Position numbers and translations under genes: made by a program. From Anolis carolinensis (Eukaryota), in the NCBI RefSeq assembly GCF_035594765.1, contig NC_085842.1:128601036-128665035 (forward strand): DNA of 64,000 bases, in the 5' to 3' direction. The notes under the pieces were generated by a model that was given only the letters and a program-made list of their open reading frames with translations, did not search any database and was not told where the DNA came from. Positions 49,120-61,943 of this stretch are shown piece by piece (position 1 is the stretch's first letter; each line of letters starts with the position of its first letter).

Positions 49120-50000
49120 GAGGGGAGGCAGCGAGTCGATAAAGCTCCTTGCATTTCCCCAGGACTTGGCTCCGTTATATCTCACCCCTTTCTGCAAATA
49201 GTTTCCTAGTGAAGGGAAAGACATATACCAGGAACACACGCGTCCCTTCTCGGTATATTCCCCGCAGCACAGCGACGTCCACCTGGGTTCCGATCTCTCC
49301 CGATTTGGTTTCCCTGAAGGGCGAGCGGTCAATCGGGGCACGTCTCCGTCCTGTGATGCCTCTCCGGGGGAGAGAAGTCTCCGAGCCTCCCGTACCCACT
49401 CGGAACACGAACAGGCAGGGCTCGGGGTGTGACATCCTTAGTGCTCCCCCGTGAGGGGAAGCGGAAGCTGGAGGGGTGGAGGAAACCCGCCTTCCCCGAG
49501 GAGCCCTGAGGCGGGCCACGAGTGGGGGATGTCCAGCAACAACATGGCGGACCCGCGGCGGCCCAACCGCGTCCTAAGGTCAGTTGTTGGGGGGAGAGGT
49601 CAGGGGTCGCCGAGTCTCGAAAGGGTTTCCAGTCTCTCGGGAGGGACCGCTGAGCCTCGCGCCACCCGTCCCTTTCCGGCCTTGCGCGGCAGGCCTGAAG
49701 TGTCGCTATGGCAACGCTTGGGCGCGCTCGGCCTCTTCTCTTCTGCCAAAACAATGCTGGCAGTGGGAAGTCACGCCGGGCAAAGTGCGGAGCGCCATGG
49801 TGGGCGCCAAAGGTGGCGGGCGCCTGGGCCGAGCCAGAGGGCCGAAGGACAGCCCCACCACCAGGGAGCGTGGCCAGCGATTCTCAGGGGTGCTCTCGAG
49901 CACAAGGCCTTGTCGCGTGCGAGTGTTTTAAACTGCCCACACTCCCACACACTGGTCCTCCAGGTTTTGGACCTCAGCGCCCAGGGGCCTCAGCTGCTTT
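49120..50000. promoter_or_regulatory. CpG island; bidirectional WDR83/WDR83OS promoter
   Basis: High CpG density between head-to-head genes; RFX X-box-like GTCGCTATGGCAAC at ~49701-49714; candidate minus-strand donor GG|GTGAGA near 49186. Confidence 0.75.
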
Positions 50001-53000
50001 GGCCAATGAGCGGGGACTCTGGGAACCAAAGTCCAAAACACTCCGAAAAACCAGAGCTTGGGAAACTGCTTCAAAATACAAAGTGTTTCAGCAAGATGGA
50101 CCTGGCTTGATTTGGCTATATCTCGGCAACCACGAACCGCCCCTGAATGACACCCTTAGACCTTGAAGGGGTGGGGCAGAGAGTTTCAAAGGATTACCGC
50201 TAGAATCATAGCGTTGGAACACCCAGCCAATAAGCAGGAAAATTGCATTCAAAGCACCCCCGACAGATGGCCATCCAGCCTCTGCTTAAAAGCTTCTAAA
50301 GAAGGAGCCTCCACCACACTCAGGGTCAGAGAGTTCCACTGCTGAACAGCTCTCACAGTGAGGGAGTTCTTCCTCATGTTCAGGTGGAATCTCCTTTCCT
50401 GTAGTTTGAAGCCACTGTTCTGTATCCTAGTCTCCAGGGCAGCAGAGAACAAGCCTGCTTCCTCCTCCCTATGACTTCCCCTCACATATACATGCATGGC
50501 TATCATGTCTTCTCTCAGCCTTCTCTTCTGCAGGCTAAACATGCCCAGCTCCTCATAGGCCTTGTTCTCCAGACTCTTTATCATTTTAGTTGCCCTCCTC
50601 TAGACACATTCCAGTTTGTCAACATCTCCCTTTAACTGCAGTGCCCAGATTTGGACACAGGATTCCAGGTGTGGTCTGACCAAGGCAGAACAGAGGGGTA
50701 GCATGACTTCCCTGGATCTAGACACTATACTCCTATTGATGCAGGCCAAAATCCCATTGGCTTTTTTTGCCACCACATCACATTGTTGGGTCATGTTTCA
50801 CTTGTTGTCCACGAGGACTCCCAAGATCTTTTTCACACGTACTGCTGTCGAGCCAGGCGTCCCCCATTCTGTATCTTTGCATTTCATTTTTTCTGTCTAA
50901 GTGGAGTATCTTGCATTTGTCCCTGTTGAACTTCATTTTGTTAGTTTCGGCCCATCTCTCTAATCTTTTAATATCATTTCGATTGCTAGATAATATCCTC
51001 TTCTTGTGAGGAGAGCAATGACCAATCTCGATAAAATAGTGAAAAGTAGAGACATCACACTGACAACAAAGATCCGCATAGTTATTTATTTATTGTATCA
51101 GAAGCAAAACAAGGGTACAGTTGTAATGTATTTAAAAACACAAACAAAATAAAAAACTTGGCATTATACTAAATGTTGTCTGACCACTAGCTGGCCACTT
51201 GGAGTGCCTCTGGTGTTGCTATAAGAAAGTCCTCCATTGTGCATGTGGCAGGGCTCAGACTGCATTGTAATAGTGGTCTGTGGTTTGGTCTTCTCCACAC
51301 TTCACATAGTTAAATCAGTGGTATTCCCTGTAGTAACCTATGGATGTGAGAACTGGACCATAAGGAAGGCTGAGCAAAGGAGGATAGATGCCTTTGAACT
51401 GTGGTATTGGAGGAAAATTCTGAGAGTGCCTTCGACTGCAAGAAGATCCAACCAGCCCATTCTCCAGGAAATAATGCCCGACTGCTCACTGGAGGGAAGG
51501 ATATTAGAGGCAAAGATGAAGTACGTTGGCCACATAATAAGAAGACAGGAAAGCTTGGAGAAGATAATGATGCTGGGGGAAAAGGAAGGAAAAAGGAAGA
51601 GGGGCCGACCAAGGGCAAGATAGATGTTATCCTTGAAGTGACTGGCTTGACCTTGAAAGAGTTGGGATGGCAACTGATGACAGGGAGCTCTGAGGTCACA
51701 AATGATTCCTCTCCCAGCACTAGCCTCAGTCATTCGTGAGACAGCAACCCCACAACATAAGTCCTAATGAGATATTCTCCATTTACAGAGTTATTTTTTA
51801 GATTTGTTTCTGGTTCAAAATGGTTAGTAAAACTTGATAACTCATTCCCATTAGTAACTTTTTGTGTAATTGTAACATGTTGCCATTGTGGAATATACTG
51901 CTTTGAAATTGGGTCCATCGGTTTTGAAATATCCTGTAAAATTGGGAGCTCTGTCCTTGTTAAACTTGTGGCATAGCAGTGGGCTGTTGCTGATGTGATC
52001 TACAGGGGAGGCCTTCATAGAAATGAAAGAAGGGAATTGGTTAGTCCCGAGATGGGCAGCTCAGGATCCCTTGGTGTTTAGGTGCTACTCTCTACTAGAT
52101 GTGTTGAATTTAGTTGGCAATTCAGTGATATATAGGGCAGCCGGTGCCCCCCCATATCTTGCTCAACCCACTGCTCAGTGTGGGTTCTTCAGTGCAAGAT
52201 GCCATACAGTAATACTGATAGATGGCCGTTCAGCCTCTGGCATGTTCACTTTTGTTGGCTTTTTATAAAAACATTCCAGTTAAGTAAGGTAGCTAACTTT
52301 CTGTAAAATAAAATTTCAAAGAGTTTGCATGTGAACAATTTGTGTTGCTGTTCATTAATCATAGAAATAATAGTACAGTATAAATAAGAAATGAGTGTAA
52401 TGTAACAGTGTCATCCATACACACACAAACAATGTTATGAAATCCTATTATTAGCAGAGAATGTGCTATTGATGGCTTGGTCTTTAGTTCAACATTGTTG
52501 CAGATAACGTTAATATTTTATTTTCCAATCTAATTTAATGCTTTCTCTCCCACTCCATAATTTCATTTGCAGATACAAGCCTCCATCCACAGAGAACAAC
52601 CCTACTCTGGAAGACCCTACACCTGACTACATGAATCTTTTGGGAATGATTTTTAGTATGTGTGGCTTGATGTTGAAGGTGAGTAGTGATATCCTAGGCC
52701 AGCAGTAGCAAACCTATGGCATGCGTGCCAGAAGAGGAATGCAGTGCCCTTTTTCCTGGCATGCACTCTGTTGCCCGCCCTGCGCTCGCCCATCCACTTG
52801 CTCACCTATAGGACATCATATTCTAGTAATAAGATCCATAGCATGTCTTCCTTTACTGTTTTTAATTTGAAATGTATATCGCAATTTAGGACTTCTCAAT
52901 TTCCGTGCCATTTTCAGAGCATTCCTTATAACACTAGAATGATAGAATAGTATAGAGATGGTATAGAGTGCCAGCATGGTATAGTTATTTGAGCATTGGA

Positions 53001-55101
53001 TTTTGACTCTGGAGACCAGTATTCAAACCCATGCCTAACTATGGAAGCCTAGTGCATGACCACGGGCAGGTCACACTCACCAACAGAAAAAGACAAAGCT
53101 AAATCAATCTCTGAACAAATCTTGCTACAAAGACCCATGACAGGCTTGCCTTAGTGTCACTATGTCAGAAACAACTTGAAGTCATGCAATAATAACAACA
53201 CAAAAATATAGATATATTTCTAAATTCCAGTGACTGATCTGTTATTCATGGAATACTGAGAAGTAAATCATTATAATGCTTCAGTTCCTTTTAATGCTAT
53301 TATAATGAAGACACATAAGCTACTGTAACTGTATTTGTGAGCAAAAATGACTTCAGAGGATAGATGCTAAAGTCTGCAAAAGGAATTGTAATACACTATG
53401 GAAGATGCTGTATATTCATGCTGCAGAAAATACTTTAAAAACTGTTAATGCTATGGTGCTTTCAATGAGTCTTCATTTGGTTCTGCCAAAACAGACTGGT
53501 TTGCAATTAGTTGTAAAGATCTCTGACTCAGAGTACTTCGCTTTTCTACTAAAAAAATAATAATGCTTATTCATTCAAGAAGAAAATTTAAATAACAGCA
53601 ACATCTATAATTGGTATTTTCGGTTAATAATTTTCACTTGATCATGAAAAACCTTGGGATGACCTTGGGCAAGTAACACTCACTCTGTCTCAGTGGAAGA
53701 CATAGGCAAATCCCTTCTGAAAAAAAAAGAAAACCTCATGATGGGTCGCCTTGGTTGGAAACCTTGGTTTGAAGGTACATGACAACAACAGTTAATATTG
53801 TCAGCTATTAGAGGGCTTCTAAGTAGTGATGAATCGCAAAATGCAAACCTGTTATTTTAGAAAGACTTTAAAAACTTGGAGTAGTTTAAGATGAATAGCA
53901 ACTTGAAAACTTCAAAAATGAGTCACTATTACAGGATTCTGTGTTTTTATGTAATCATCTACATTTTTAACATTTATATTGATTATATACATGTGATGCA
54001 ACCAGAAGAAATAACAAAGTAATTGTGACCTTTGTGACCTGTTCAGATTTTGATGTGGCGGAAGTATTTCTCAGCTTGCTGAGAAGCACACCTATTCCCA
54101 CTAGTTGTTTTCTTATACACTAGAAGCATAAGAAAACTATTGGTGCCCCTAAAATACCATTCAAACAGCATGTTCTGAGGGAACCTCAGAATCAAAGTCT
54201 TCTTGATTACCCAAGATTGTGTATTCATCAGTCCTGTTAACCCGAAGACCATGTGGTTAGTTCATCTTCCATTGAAAAGGTTGTTTGTTTGGTCTTGTTG
54301 TTGTTGTAAAAAACATGCCAGAGTGCTAGAAAAGGATGGGGTGGAGAAACCTTCTCTACCTTTTATTCTAGCTGAAGTGAGCCAGCAGTTTTGGAAATTG
54401 CCACCATACTGCCCTAATTCATTTCATTTTGCTCACTTGGTCCCATTGAATTTAGTAAGGCTTCCATCCAAGGGGAAGCTTGTATCTAGGGAATGTTGGC
54501 CTTATTTTATCTTATACGTTGGCCTTACATAACATTTGTTTGAATTTGCCTTTCTTTTTCTCACATAACATAAAAAGAGCCTTGTTCAACCAGACCAGAG
54601 ATCCATCTAATCCATAGTTCCATTGAAACAATGGCAAATTGGTTGTAGGTAAAAATACTCCATATATTTTTCATACTTGTGAGAAAGTTTTAGGGAACTC
54701 CAGTGTCACTTAGTTTGACTTCAAAAAAGGGGAGTTCTCTAAAATGCAGGAAATGGTAAAAAGAAAGTTGGTGAAAAAAGCCCCAAGAGTCATATTTCTA
54801 AAAGATATTAGAGACTGAATCAAAAACATATTAACAGAGACTCAGTTAGAATGCTATAGGACAGAAAGGAGAGTATAAGGTAATTTCTGTATTCACTGAG
54901 GATGCAGGATGGTGTGCTTATAAATGTGTTAGTCTTGCATTAGCATCTGATAGGATTATTTAACCCATTGCATCTCTTATTAAATTACTCCATGGTGTTT
55001 CAGTTAAAGTGGTGTGCCTGGATTGCTGTCTACTGTTCGTTCATCAGCTTTGCCAACTCTAGAAGTTCAGAAGACACCAAACAGATGATGAGCAGCTTCA
55101 T
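49529..55101 (+). CDS. WDR83OS: PAT complex subunit Asterix (WDR83 opposite strand), partial; exons 49529-49578, 52573-52678, 55004-55101; last exon beyond window
   Basis: [17 protein letters not shown]|[35 protein letters not shown]|[32 protein letters not shown]; 50/106/98-nt exons with GT-AG. Confidence 0.95.
50200..50985 (-). mobile_element. CR1 LINE 3' fragment
   Basis: [28 protein letters not shown]...LVRPHLE; [16 protein letters not shown]...[19 protein letters not shown]. Confidence 0.9.
51000..51690 (+). mobile_element. BovB (RTE) LINE fragment interrupted by a short antisense non-LTR 3' end (Vingi-like, ~51085-51303)
   Basis: [25 protein letters not shown] | [31 protein letters not shown]; the insert is flanked by a CATAGTTA duplication. 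Confidence 0.8.
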
Positions 55102-56052
55102 GTGAGTCGGGTTCTTCTAATTTTTCTTCCATACTTTTACTGGCCCTTGGATCCTTTTATTACATCCTGTATCTTACCACTGCTGTCTGACAACACTTTG
55201 GTTAAAAAACTGGGAATGGTCTATGTAGTATCCTAAAGGTGTCAAATCTTCTTTTTAAATAAACAATGAAGCAAAATACTTATTTACAAATCATCCCCCA
55301 TATCCCCAGATTCTGCATCCAATGATTCAACCATCTATGCTTTCATTTTGTTGTAATCCAACAAGTAAACCTTAATGTTCCTCCTATTTTATATAACGGA
55401 CACAATTTTATTATGCCATTGCATGTAATGGGACTTGAGCATCCAGGGGTCTTGGTATCCCTGGAGGTCCTGGAAATGAACCCCATCGGAGGCCAATGAC
55501 TCACAGTAATGTTATTGTACATGGAAAGTCTGACTTCCTCTTTCAGTATATGCCATTTTTTTTTTACGTAGATAATGTCTATTCATGCTCCCACTTTCTT
55601 CTGTATTTATTGTGCTAATACCAAAGCGGATGGCTTGGCTTTTCCCTTCTTTTGAATAGTTCTTCTTCGTGGTGCTTCTGTGGAAATCGCACATATGGGA
55701 TTTTTTGCGCCTGCGCAGTACAGCATTTGGAACCTTCTAGAACTTTTCAGTGAAACATTTTGGCGGAAGCCCCGCCCACTCTCCCCAGTAGAGTATATAA
55801 GCCCAGTGGGCGGGGCTAGCCCCAGTTCCTTCTTTCTGCCGCTCAGTCAGCACTGTAGGAACTTCTCTAGAATAGATTGCGTTTTACCATCAGCTAGACC
55901 TCGGCTTGTTTTAGACTTTGATATTCTCCTACCTTTTGACCCAGACTGGCTTTGGCTATAGCAAATTTCTCCTGCCTCGACTTGGACCGTCTTCTGACTC
56001 AAGTTTTTTCTGTTGGCAACGACTAGCTTTGGCGCGAAATCAGGCCAGTGTG

Positions 56053-58590
56053 ATGGCATCATTTTTCAAAAAATGCACTACCTACGGGGGGAAGCTCCCA
56101 GAGGCAGATAGCCATTCCAAGTGCTTGCTTTGCCTGGGAGAGGGGCATATTCATCAGTCCTGCCACGTCTGTCAGGGGTTTACCCCTCAGGCAAGAAAAA
56201 ATTGAGAATCTAGACTAAAGGCCCTCCTGTACGAGCAGGCCTTAGCCCCAAGCCTTCCCGGCCTTTCCCCCTCCCAATCCCGGCCAAGCCTAACGGCCGA
56301 GGAAGATTCTGGCTCTGCAGGCCCTTTAAATCCTCCATTATCGGAAATGGCCCAGGCCGATGCTGTGATTATGCCGCTCTCAGGGGACACACAGCCTAGC
56401 CCAAGGGGACGATCAACTGCCCGTCTGAAGGAAGGCCGCAAAAAGACTAAAAAGTCCAAGCACTCTTCCAGGGCTCCCCGCCTGCAGCCCTCCCCTCCCC
56501 AGTGGTGGGAACCCTCGGTACGATCCCCAAGGAGGAGTGATCCTCCTACCCCGACACCAGTCAAGCGATGGAGCTCGGAAGCGCTTTGCCCGTCCGGGCA
56601 TGTCCCTGTTAAGCCAACAGTCGCATTGCCGAGTGAACAGCAGGAGGCACGGGACCGAGGGCAGAGGATTGAGAGAGAGGCCTCAGCATCGAATTCGGCG
56701 AGTTCCTCTCCTCCACCAAAGAGATCCAGACGGGGCCGAGGCTATCCGTCTAGGCAACGGCACTCCCCATCCTCTAGCTCGGGAGCGTTTAGATCCCCGG
56801 AAGCATATCGCCTTACCGCCAGGGCTCTGGCAGCCGTTTGCGTGAACCCCGCTTCCCATTCTATCCCTATGGCCAAGTTTTTCCACCTTACCCGTTTCCT
56901 CCTTCGCCTGGATTCGAGGCCTTCCCACCTAGTGGTCCATATGGTTTTTATGCAGCCTCTTCAGGTTCAAATCATACCCAGGCTGCTCGTAGCCATGCCT
57001 CCCTGGCTCCATCCCCGTTCTGGCCTGGCCCTAGCCATGCCCCCCAATCGCACGCAATGGACGCGTCTTTGAGGGCTCCCTCTACCATTCGGGCCTTGGA
57101 CCCGGCACTCAGCGCTGAGGGGGGCCGGGCTGGGAACGCTCTTCAGCCCCCACCAACGGGGCAGGCTTCTACAACACTGATAGCGGCCCTCACCGACTGG
57201 GTGCTGCAATACAACCACCGGAAAATGGTGAAACTTTTCCTATGGCTCCTGTAGCCATTGTAGGCCCCCATGACGACTTAGACCCTCCCTCAGCTGAGGA
57301 CATTAAAACTTTTTCTGCATTGCTGATTCACCTGTCTAAGGCCCTTAACCTACCCACACAAAAACCAACCAAGGTGGTAGAGGATCCAGTTTATCCTTCC
57401 TCTAAACAACAGGGCCCACTTACCACAGCTCTACCATCCTTGCCTTACCTTACAGAGATTGTTAAAAATGAGGGAGTTTCTCTGGCAGCACTCCCAGCAA
57501 CACCAAGGAGGGCTGAGTACTTGTACAAAATTGACCTTTCAAGGGCCCCTTGGCTAGCTAAGCAAGCCAAACTGAGCTCACACGTTTTATTCTTCAGCAT
57601 GTCTCTTTGCCAGGATGGCTCACTACGGCACCTACACAGGAGCATACCAGACTTACCTATGGGAAAAGATGGCTCCTTACATACCCTGTTGCCCCTAAAA
57701 TAAGACATCCCCAGAAAATAAGACCTAGTAGAGGTTTTGCTGAATTGCTAAATATAAGGCCTCCCCCGAAAGTAAGACCTAGCAAAGTTTTTGTTTCAAA
57801 GCATGCCCAATGAACAGAACACCAGAGCATGCAGGATAGGTAAATGTACCTACCATAGAATGTTTTACATGGAAATAATGGTAGTAACAAGAAATTCTTG
57901 ATAGGATTCACAGTTTGTCTGGTTATGCTGGTTTGTGATGACAACTACTGTACAGTATATAATAAATGATAATTTTTTTGTTCAACAATAAATGTGAATT
58001 CTTCTTCATGGAAAAATAATACATCCCCTGAAAATAAGACCTAGAGCATCTTTGGGAGCTAAAATTAATATAAGACACTGTCTTATTTTCGGGGAAACAC
58101 AGTAGATCTCCTTCCACCCCAGGACCAAGGCATGGCCAGAGCTTTCCAACAGGAAGCATGCCTCCTCTCAGAGCTTCAAAAGGATTTAGCAAAGAACGTG
58201 GCTGATGCTTCGGGAAAGTTGTTGGCAGGAGCCATTTCATTGCGCCATGCATGGCTAAGGGCAGCCAATCTCTCTCCATCCGCGAAGGCTGTCATCGAAG
58301 ATCTTCCCCTGGATGAGGCAGGCATCTTCAATCCAGAGACTGACGCCCAAATTAAAGATACTCATGAGGTGACACAGGCCGCCCACAAATATGGCGTTCA
58401 ACGGGCTTACCAATACCAAAGGCATCAATGCAACCCGTATTACCGCAACAGGAGATCCACCTCTCTGTCCTACAAGGGAAAACAGAAGCCTTCTTTTCGT
58501 CCCTTTGCTGCTAGACAAACCTCTTTCCCCTATAAGGGTCAACACCGCAGTGGGGGAAAGCAGGGTGAGAAGCAAAGGTGTCGCTTCTAG
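56053..58590 (+). pseudogene. DIRS ORF1 (gag-like: N-terminal Cys/His zinc finger, LAP2alpha-like region), disrupted
   Basis: MASFFKKC...DSHSKCLLCLGEGH...CHVC; later SAEDIKTFSALL..LSKALNLP and AISLRHAWLR...IEDLPLD...IFNPETD; stop at 56203-56205, frameshifts and a MITE insertion. Confidence 0.8.
57684..58102. mobile_element. Tc1/mariner-type MITE nested in DIRS ORF1
   Basis: TA|CCCTGTTGCCCCTAAAATAAGACA ... TGTCTTATTTTCGGGGAAACACAG|TA; excision restores WEKMAPYI-DLLPPQDQGMARAFQQE. Confidence 0.88.
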
Positions 58591-58729
58591 TCACCTGGCT
58601 AGGGTCCCTCCCCTTGAGTTTACTCCAAGTTTACATTCCCAGGCTCCCCGCTTGGATGCCGTTAGTTCTCCAGTTTCTGTTACCAATTCGAGTTGGAAGT
58701 TGTCCCACTCTGTTACCCCTCGGCAGGAC

Positions 58730-60950
58730 CAGCGTGTGTTTTATAATAGGTTAGCCTCATATCTTCAGGCATGGGAGGAGATAACGTCTGGCAGATGGGT
58801 CTTAGACGTCGTCAGGAAGGGGTATGCTATCGAATTCACCTCGGATGGGGATCATCCGTCTTACTGCCCCGTCAGACTGCCTCCAAGAGGAAGTATCTAT
58901 CCTTCTGGAAAAGGGGGCTATCTCTAGGATTCTCTTTAGGAGGACTCAGTCATGTTTCTTCTCTAGGTACTTCCTTATTAGGAAAAGAGGTGGCAGCTTA
59001 CGCCCGATCCTTGACCTAAGGGGTCTCAATAGACACATAAGGGCCCGTAAGTTTCGGATGGTTACGCTGACATCCATCCTGCCTCTTATCCAAAAGTGAG
59101 TATGGTTTGCAACCATTGACCAGCGCAACACATATTTTCATATTTCAGTACGGCATTCGCATCGCAGGTATTTGAGCTTTTTAGTTGGGGAGTCGATCTA
59201 TTCTTTCAATGTGTTGCCGTTCGGCTTAGCCATGGCGCCAAGGGTATTTACCAAATGCGTAGCTGTAGTAGCAGCGTACTTAAGACAGAAAAGCATAATG
59301 CTTTTTTCATATATTGACAACTGGCTTTTTGTAAGCGATACTGCAGCCCACCTCCGGGCTGATGTGTCTTTCACGCTCCTTCTGTTGCAGGAACTCGGTC
59401 TCATCGTAAACGGGGAGAAATCCCACCTGATTCCCTCACAACGTATTGAGTTTATTGGGGCGGTTCTAGATTCCCGGTTGGGAAGGGTCTATCTGCCAGA
59501 AGACCGTTTTCATTCCATCCGTTCAGCTATTTTACAACTCTGCACCCGGGGACGGGCCTTGGCCTGGCATATTCAGTCCATCCTGGGTCATATGGCCTCC
59601 ACTACTGCAGTGGTAGGCTTGGCAAGACTCAGGATGAGACCTCTCCAAATATGGTTCCTGGGCACGTTCAACCCGCTCACTGACAGCCAGTGGGTTACTC
59701 TGAGACCCCCCCCAGCTGACCTCTTACGATCCATAAGGTGTGGACAAAGAGACACACTCTACGGGCAGGCCTGCCATTCCATCCTCCAGCACCGACGTGC
59801 GAATTGACGACAGATGCATCCCAGGATGGCTGGGGAGCGCACCTCATCAACCTGGTGATCAATGGCCGCTGGTTGAGCCATGATCACACAGCCCACATCA
59901 ACATATTAGACCTCCTAGCAGTAGAAAGGCGCTCCATGCTTTCGAACGCCTGCTTCGGGGCGCCACCGTAAGGATTGTAACAGACAATACTACCGTAAAA
60001 TACTATATCAACAAACAAGGCAAGACTCATTCGAAGCGCCTGTTGAACCTCTAGCTTCGACTGTGGAATTGGTGTGTGAAGAACCGTGTGACACCGCAAG
60101 CGATCCATCTACCGGGAAAGGACAACACTCTTGCAGAAGCCCTCAGCCAATCGAGGTAACTAAACACCAGGGAGTTCTGGCTCCTGGCACGTCGATGGGG
60201 ATGGCCAGTAATAGACCTATTTGCATCCCCGGAGAACACACAGTGTCCCACATTTTACGCGCGTCTTCGCCCCCTCTCGACCTCGGGATGTTTCAGGGAC
60301 ACGTTCCGGTTCCAATGGACCGGGGACTTGCTATATGCGTTTTCCCTGCTGCCCCTGATAGGCAGGATGGTAGCGAAGATCCTACGCGACAACTCGGACT
60401 GCATCATAGTAACCTCGTGGTGGCCGCGCCAACCGTGGTTAGCGCCTCTCTGGCGGGCGGCCAAGGGCAACTACATCAGGCTTGAGAGCTTCCCCGACCT
60501 TCTCACACTTCACAAGGGGGCGCGTCCTCCACCCAGACATGTCGACACTGAATCTAACCAACTGGAAGGTCAAGCCCCGCAAGACCTCTCCGAGCCGGTA
60601 AAAGCCATTCTTCGGGCATCTTTGCCCCCTCTCGACCCCGGGGTGTTTCAGGGACGCGTTCCAGTTCCAATGGACCGGGGACTTGCTATACGCGTTTCCC
60701 CCGCTGCCCCTGATAGGCAGGATGGTAGCGAAGATCCTACGCAACAACTTGGACTGCATCGTAGTAACCCCGTGGTGGCCGCGCCAACCATGGTTTGCGC
60801 CTCTCTGGTGGACGGTCAAGGGCAACTACATCAGACTCGAGAGCTTCCCCGACCTTCTCACACTTCACAGGGGGTGCGTCCTCCCCCGGACGTGTCGACC
60901 CTGAATCTAACCAGCTGGAAGGTCAAGCCCCACAAGACCTCTCCGAGCCG
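58730..60950 (+). pseudogene. DIRS ORF2: reverse transcriptase, RNase H and DNA adenine methyltransferase-like domain (frameshifted; MT duplicated)
   Basis: LLEKGAI...FFSRYFLIRKRGGSLRPILDLRGLN; LPFGLAMAPRVFTK; YIDN (from YIDD); LTTDASQDGWGAH; TDNTTVKYYINKQG; HLPGKDNTLAEALS; IDLFASPEN; YAFPPLPLI...VTPWWPRQPW. Confidence 0.9.
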
Positions 60951-61943
60951 GTAAAAGCTATTCTTCGGGCAGCCCAGAAGGCCTCCACCAAGCAATCATA
61001 CCGGTACAAACGGACGAAATTTCAAGACTTCGCTCTCTCCAGAGGTATGGACCCAGTAACAGCCCCAACATCGGTCATCCTGGATTTCTTGGTCCACCTA
61101 TCCATGTTGGGCCTCTTCCTCGCCTCCCTAAAGTGTTATTTGTCCTCTCTGTCCTGGTACTGGAGAGGCCTCACGGGGCAGTCTTGCTTCCAAGACCCTT
61201 TAATCAGACTTTTTCTCAAAGAACCCCCACCCTCCGGTGACACCGCCAACACCATCATGGAGCTTGGAACTAGTTCTTTCCCAACTCTCTAAACCACCCT
61301 TAGAACCCATGGGGTTTTCTGAGATTTCTTACCTATCATGGAAAATGCTTTCTTAGTGGCCGTCACGTCTGCGAGGAGGGCCAGTGAATTGTGCGCCCTC
61401 AGGGTGAATCCACCATTCCTGAGGTTCCACAACAATAAGGTTGTCCTAAGGACAGACGTCACCTTCTTACCGAAGGTAGTCTCCAAATTTCATATGTGTC
61501 AGGACATTACGTTGCCGGCCTTCTTTCAGAATCCTTCCTCACCTTTGGAGGTGGCTTTGCACTCCTTAGACGTGAAGAGAGCATTGGCATATTACCTCCA
61601 AAGGACTAAAGACCATAGGAAGTCTCCTCGGCTGTTCCTGAAGTATAGGTCTAACGCACTAGGGACTCCTGTCTCCTCCCAGCGCCTGGCCTCATGGATA
61701 GTTACCACCATCCGCACAGCTTATGCACTTGCAGGCCGAGGTCCTCCTCATCAAGTACTAGCTCACTCAACTAGAGCCTTGTCGACGTCCCAGGCATTCC
61801 TAAAGGGAATGCCTCTGGAAGACATCTGCAGAGCAGCGACATGGTCATCCTCGCTCACCTTTGCCTCCCACTACAAGCTGGACGTCATGGCAAAGAGAGA
61901 TACAGCGTTCGGGAGAGCGGTCCTCTTCTCATGCGTGGCATGA
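60940..61943 (+). pseudogene. DIRS ORF3 tyrosine recombinase (frameshifted; catalytic C-terminal half open 61338-61943)
   Basis: TSARRASEL (R), HSTR (HxxR), ATWSS (W), FASHY (Y). Confidence 0.9.

Noticed and set aside
49075-50166. Several long ORFs (up to 219 aa) over the WDR83/WDR83OS CpG island
   Set aside because: Expected in GC-rich DNA; only 49529-49578 matches a known protein.
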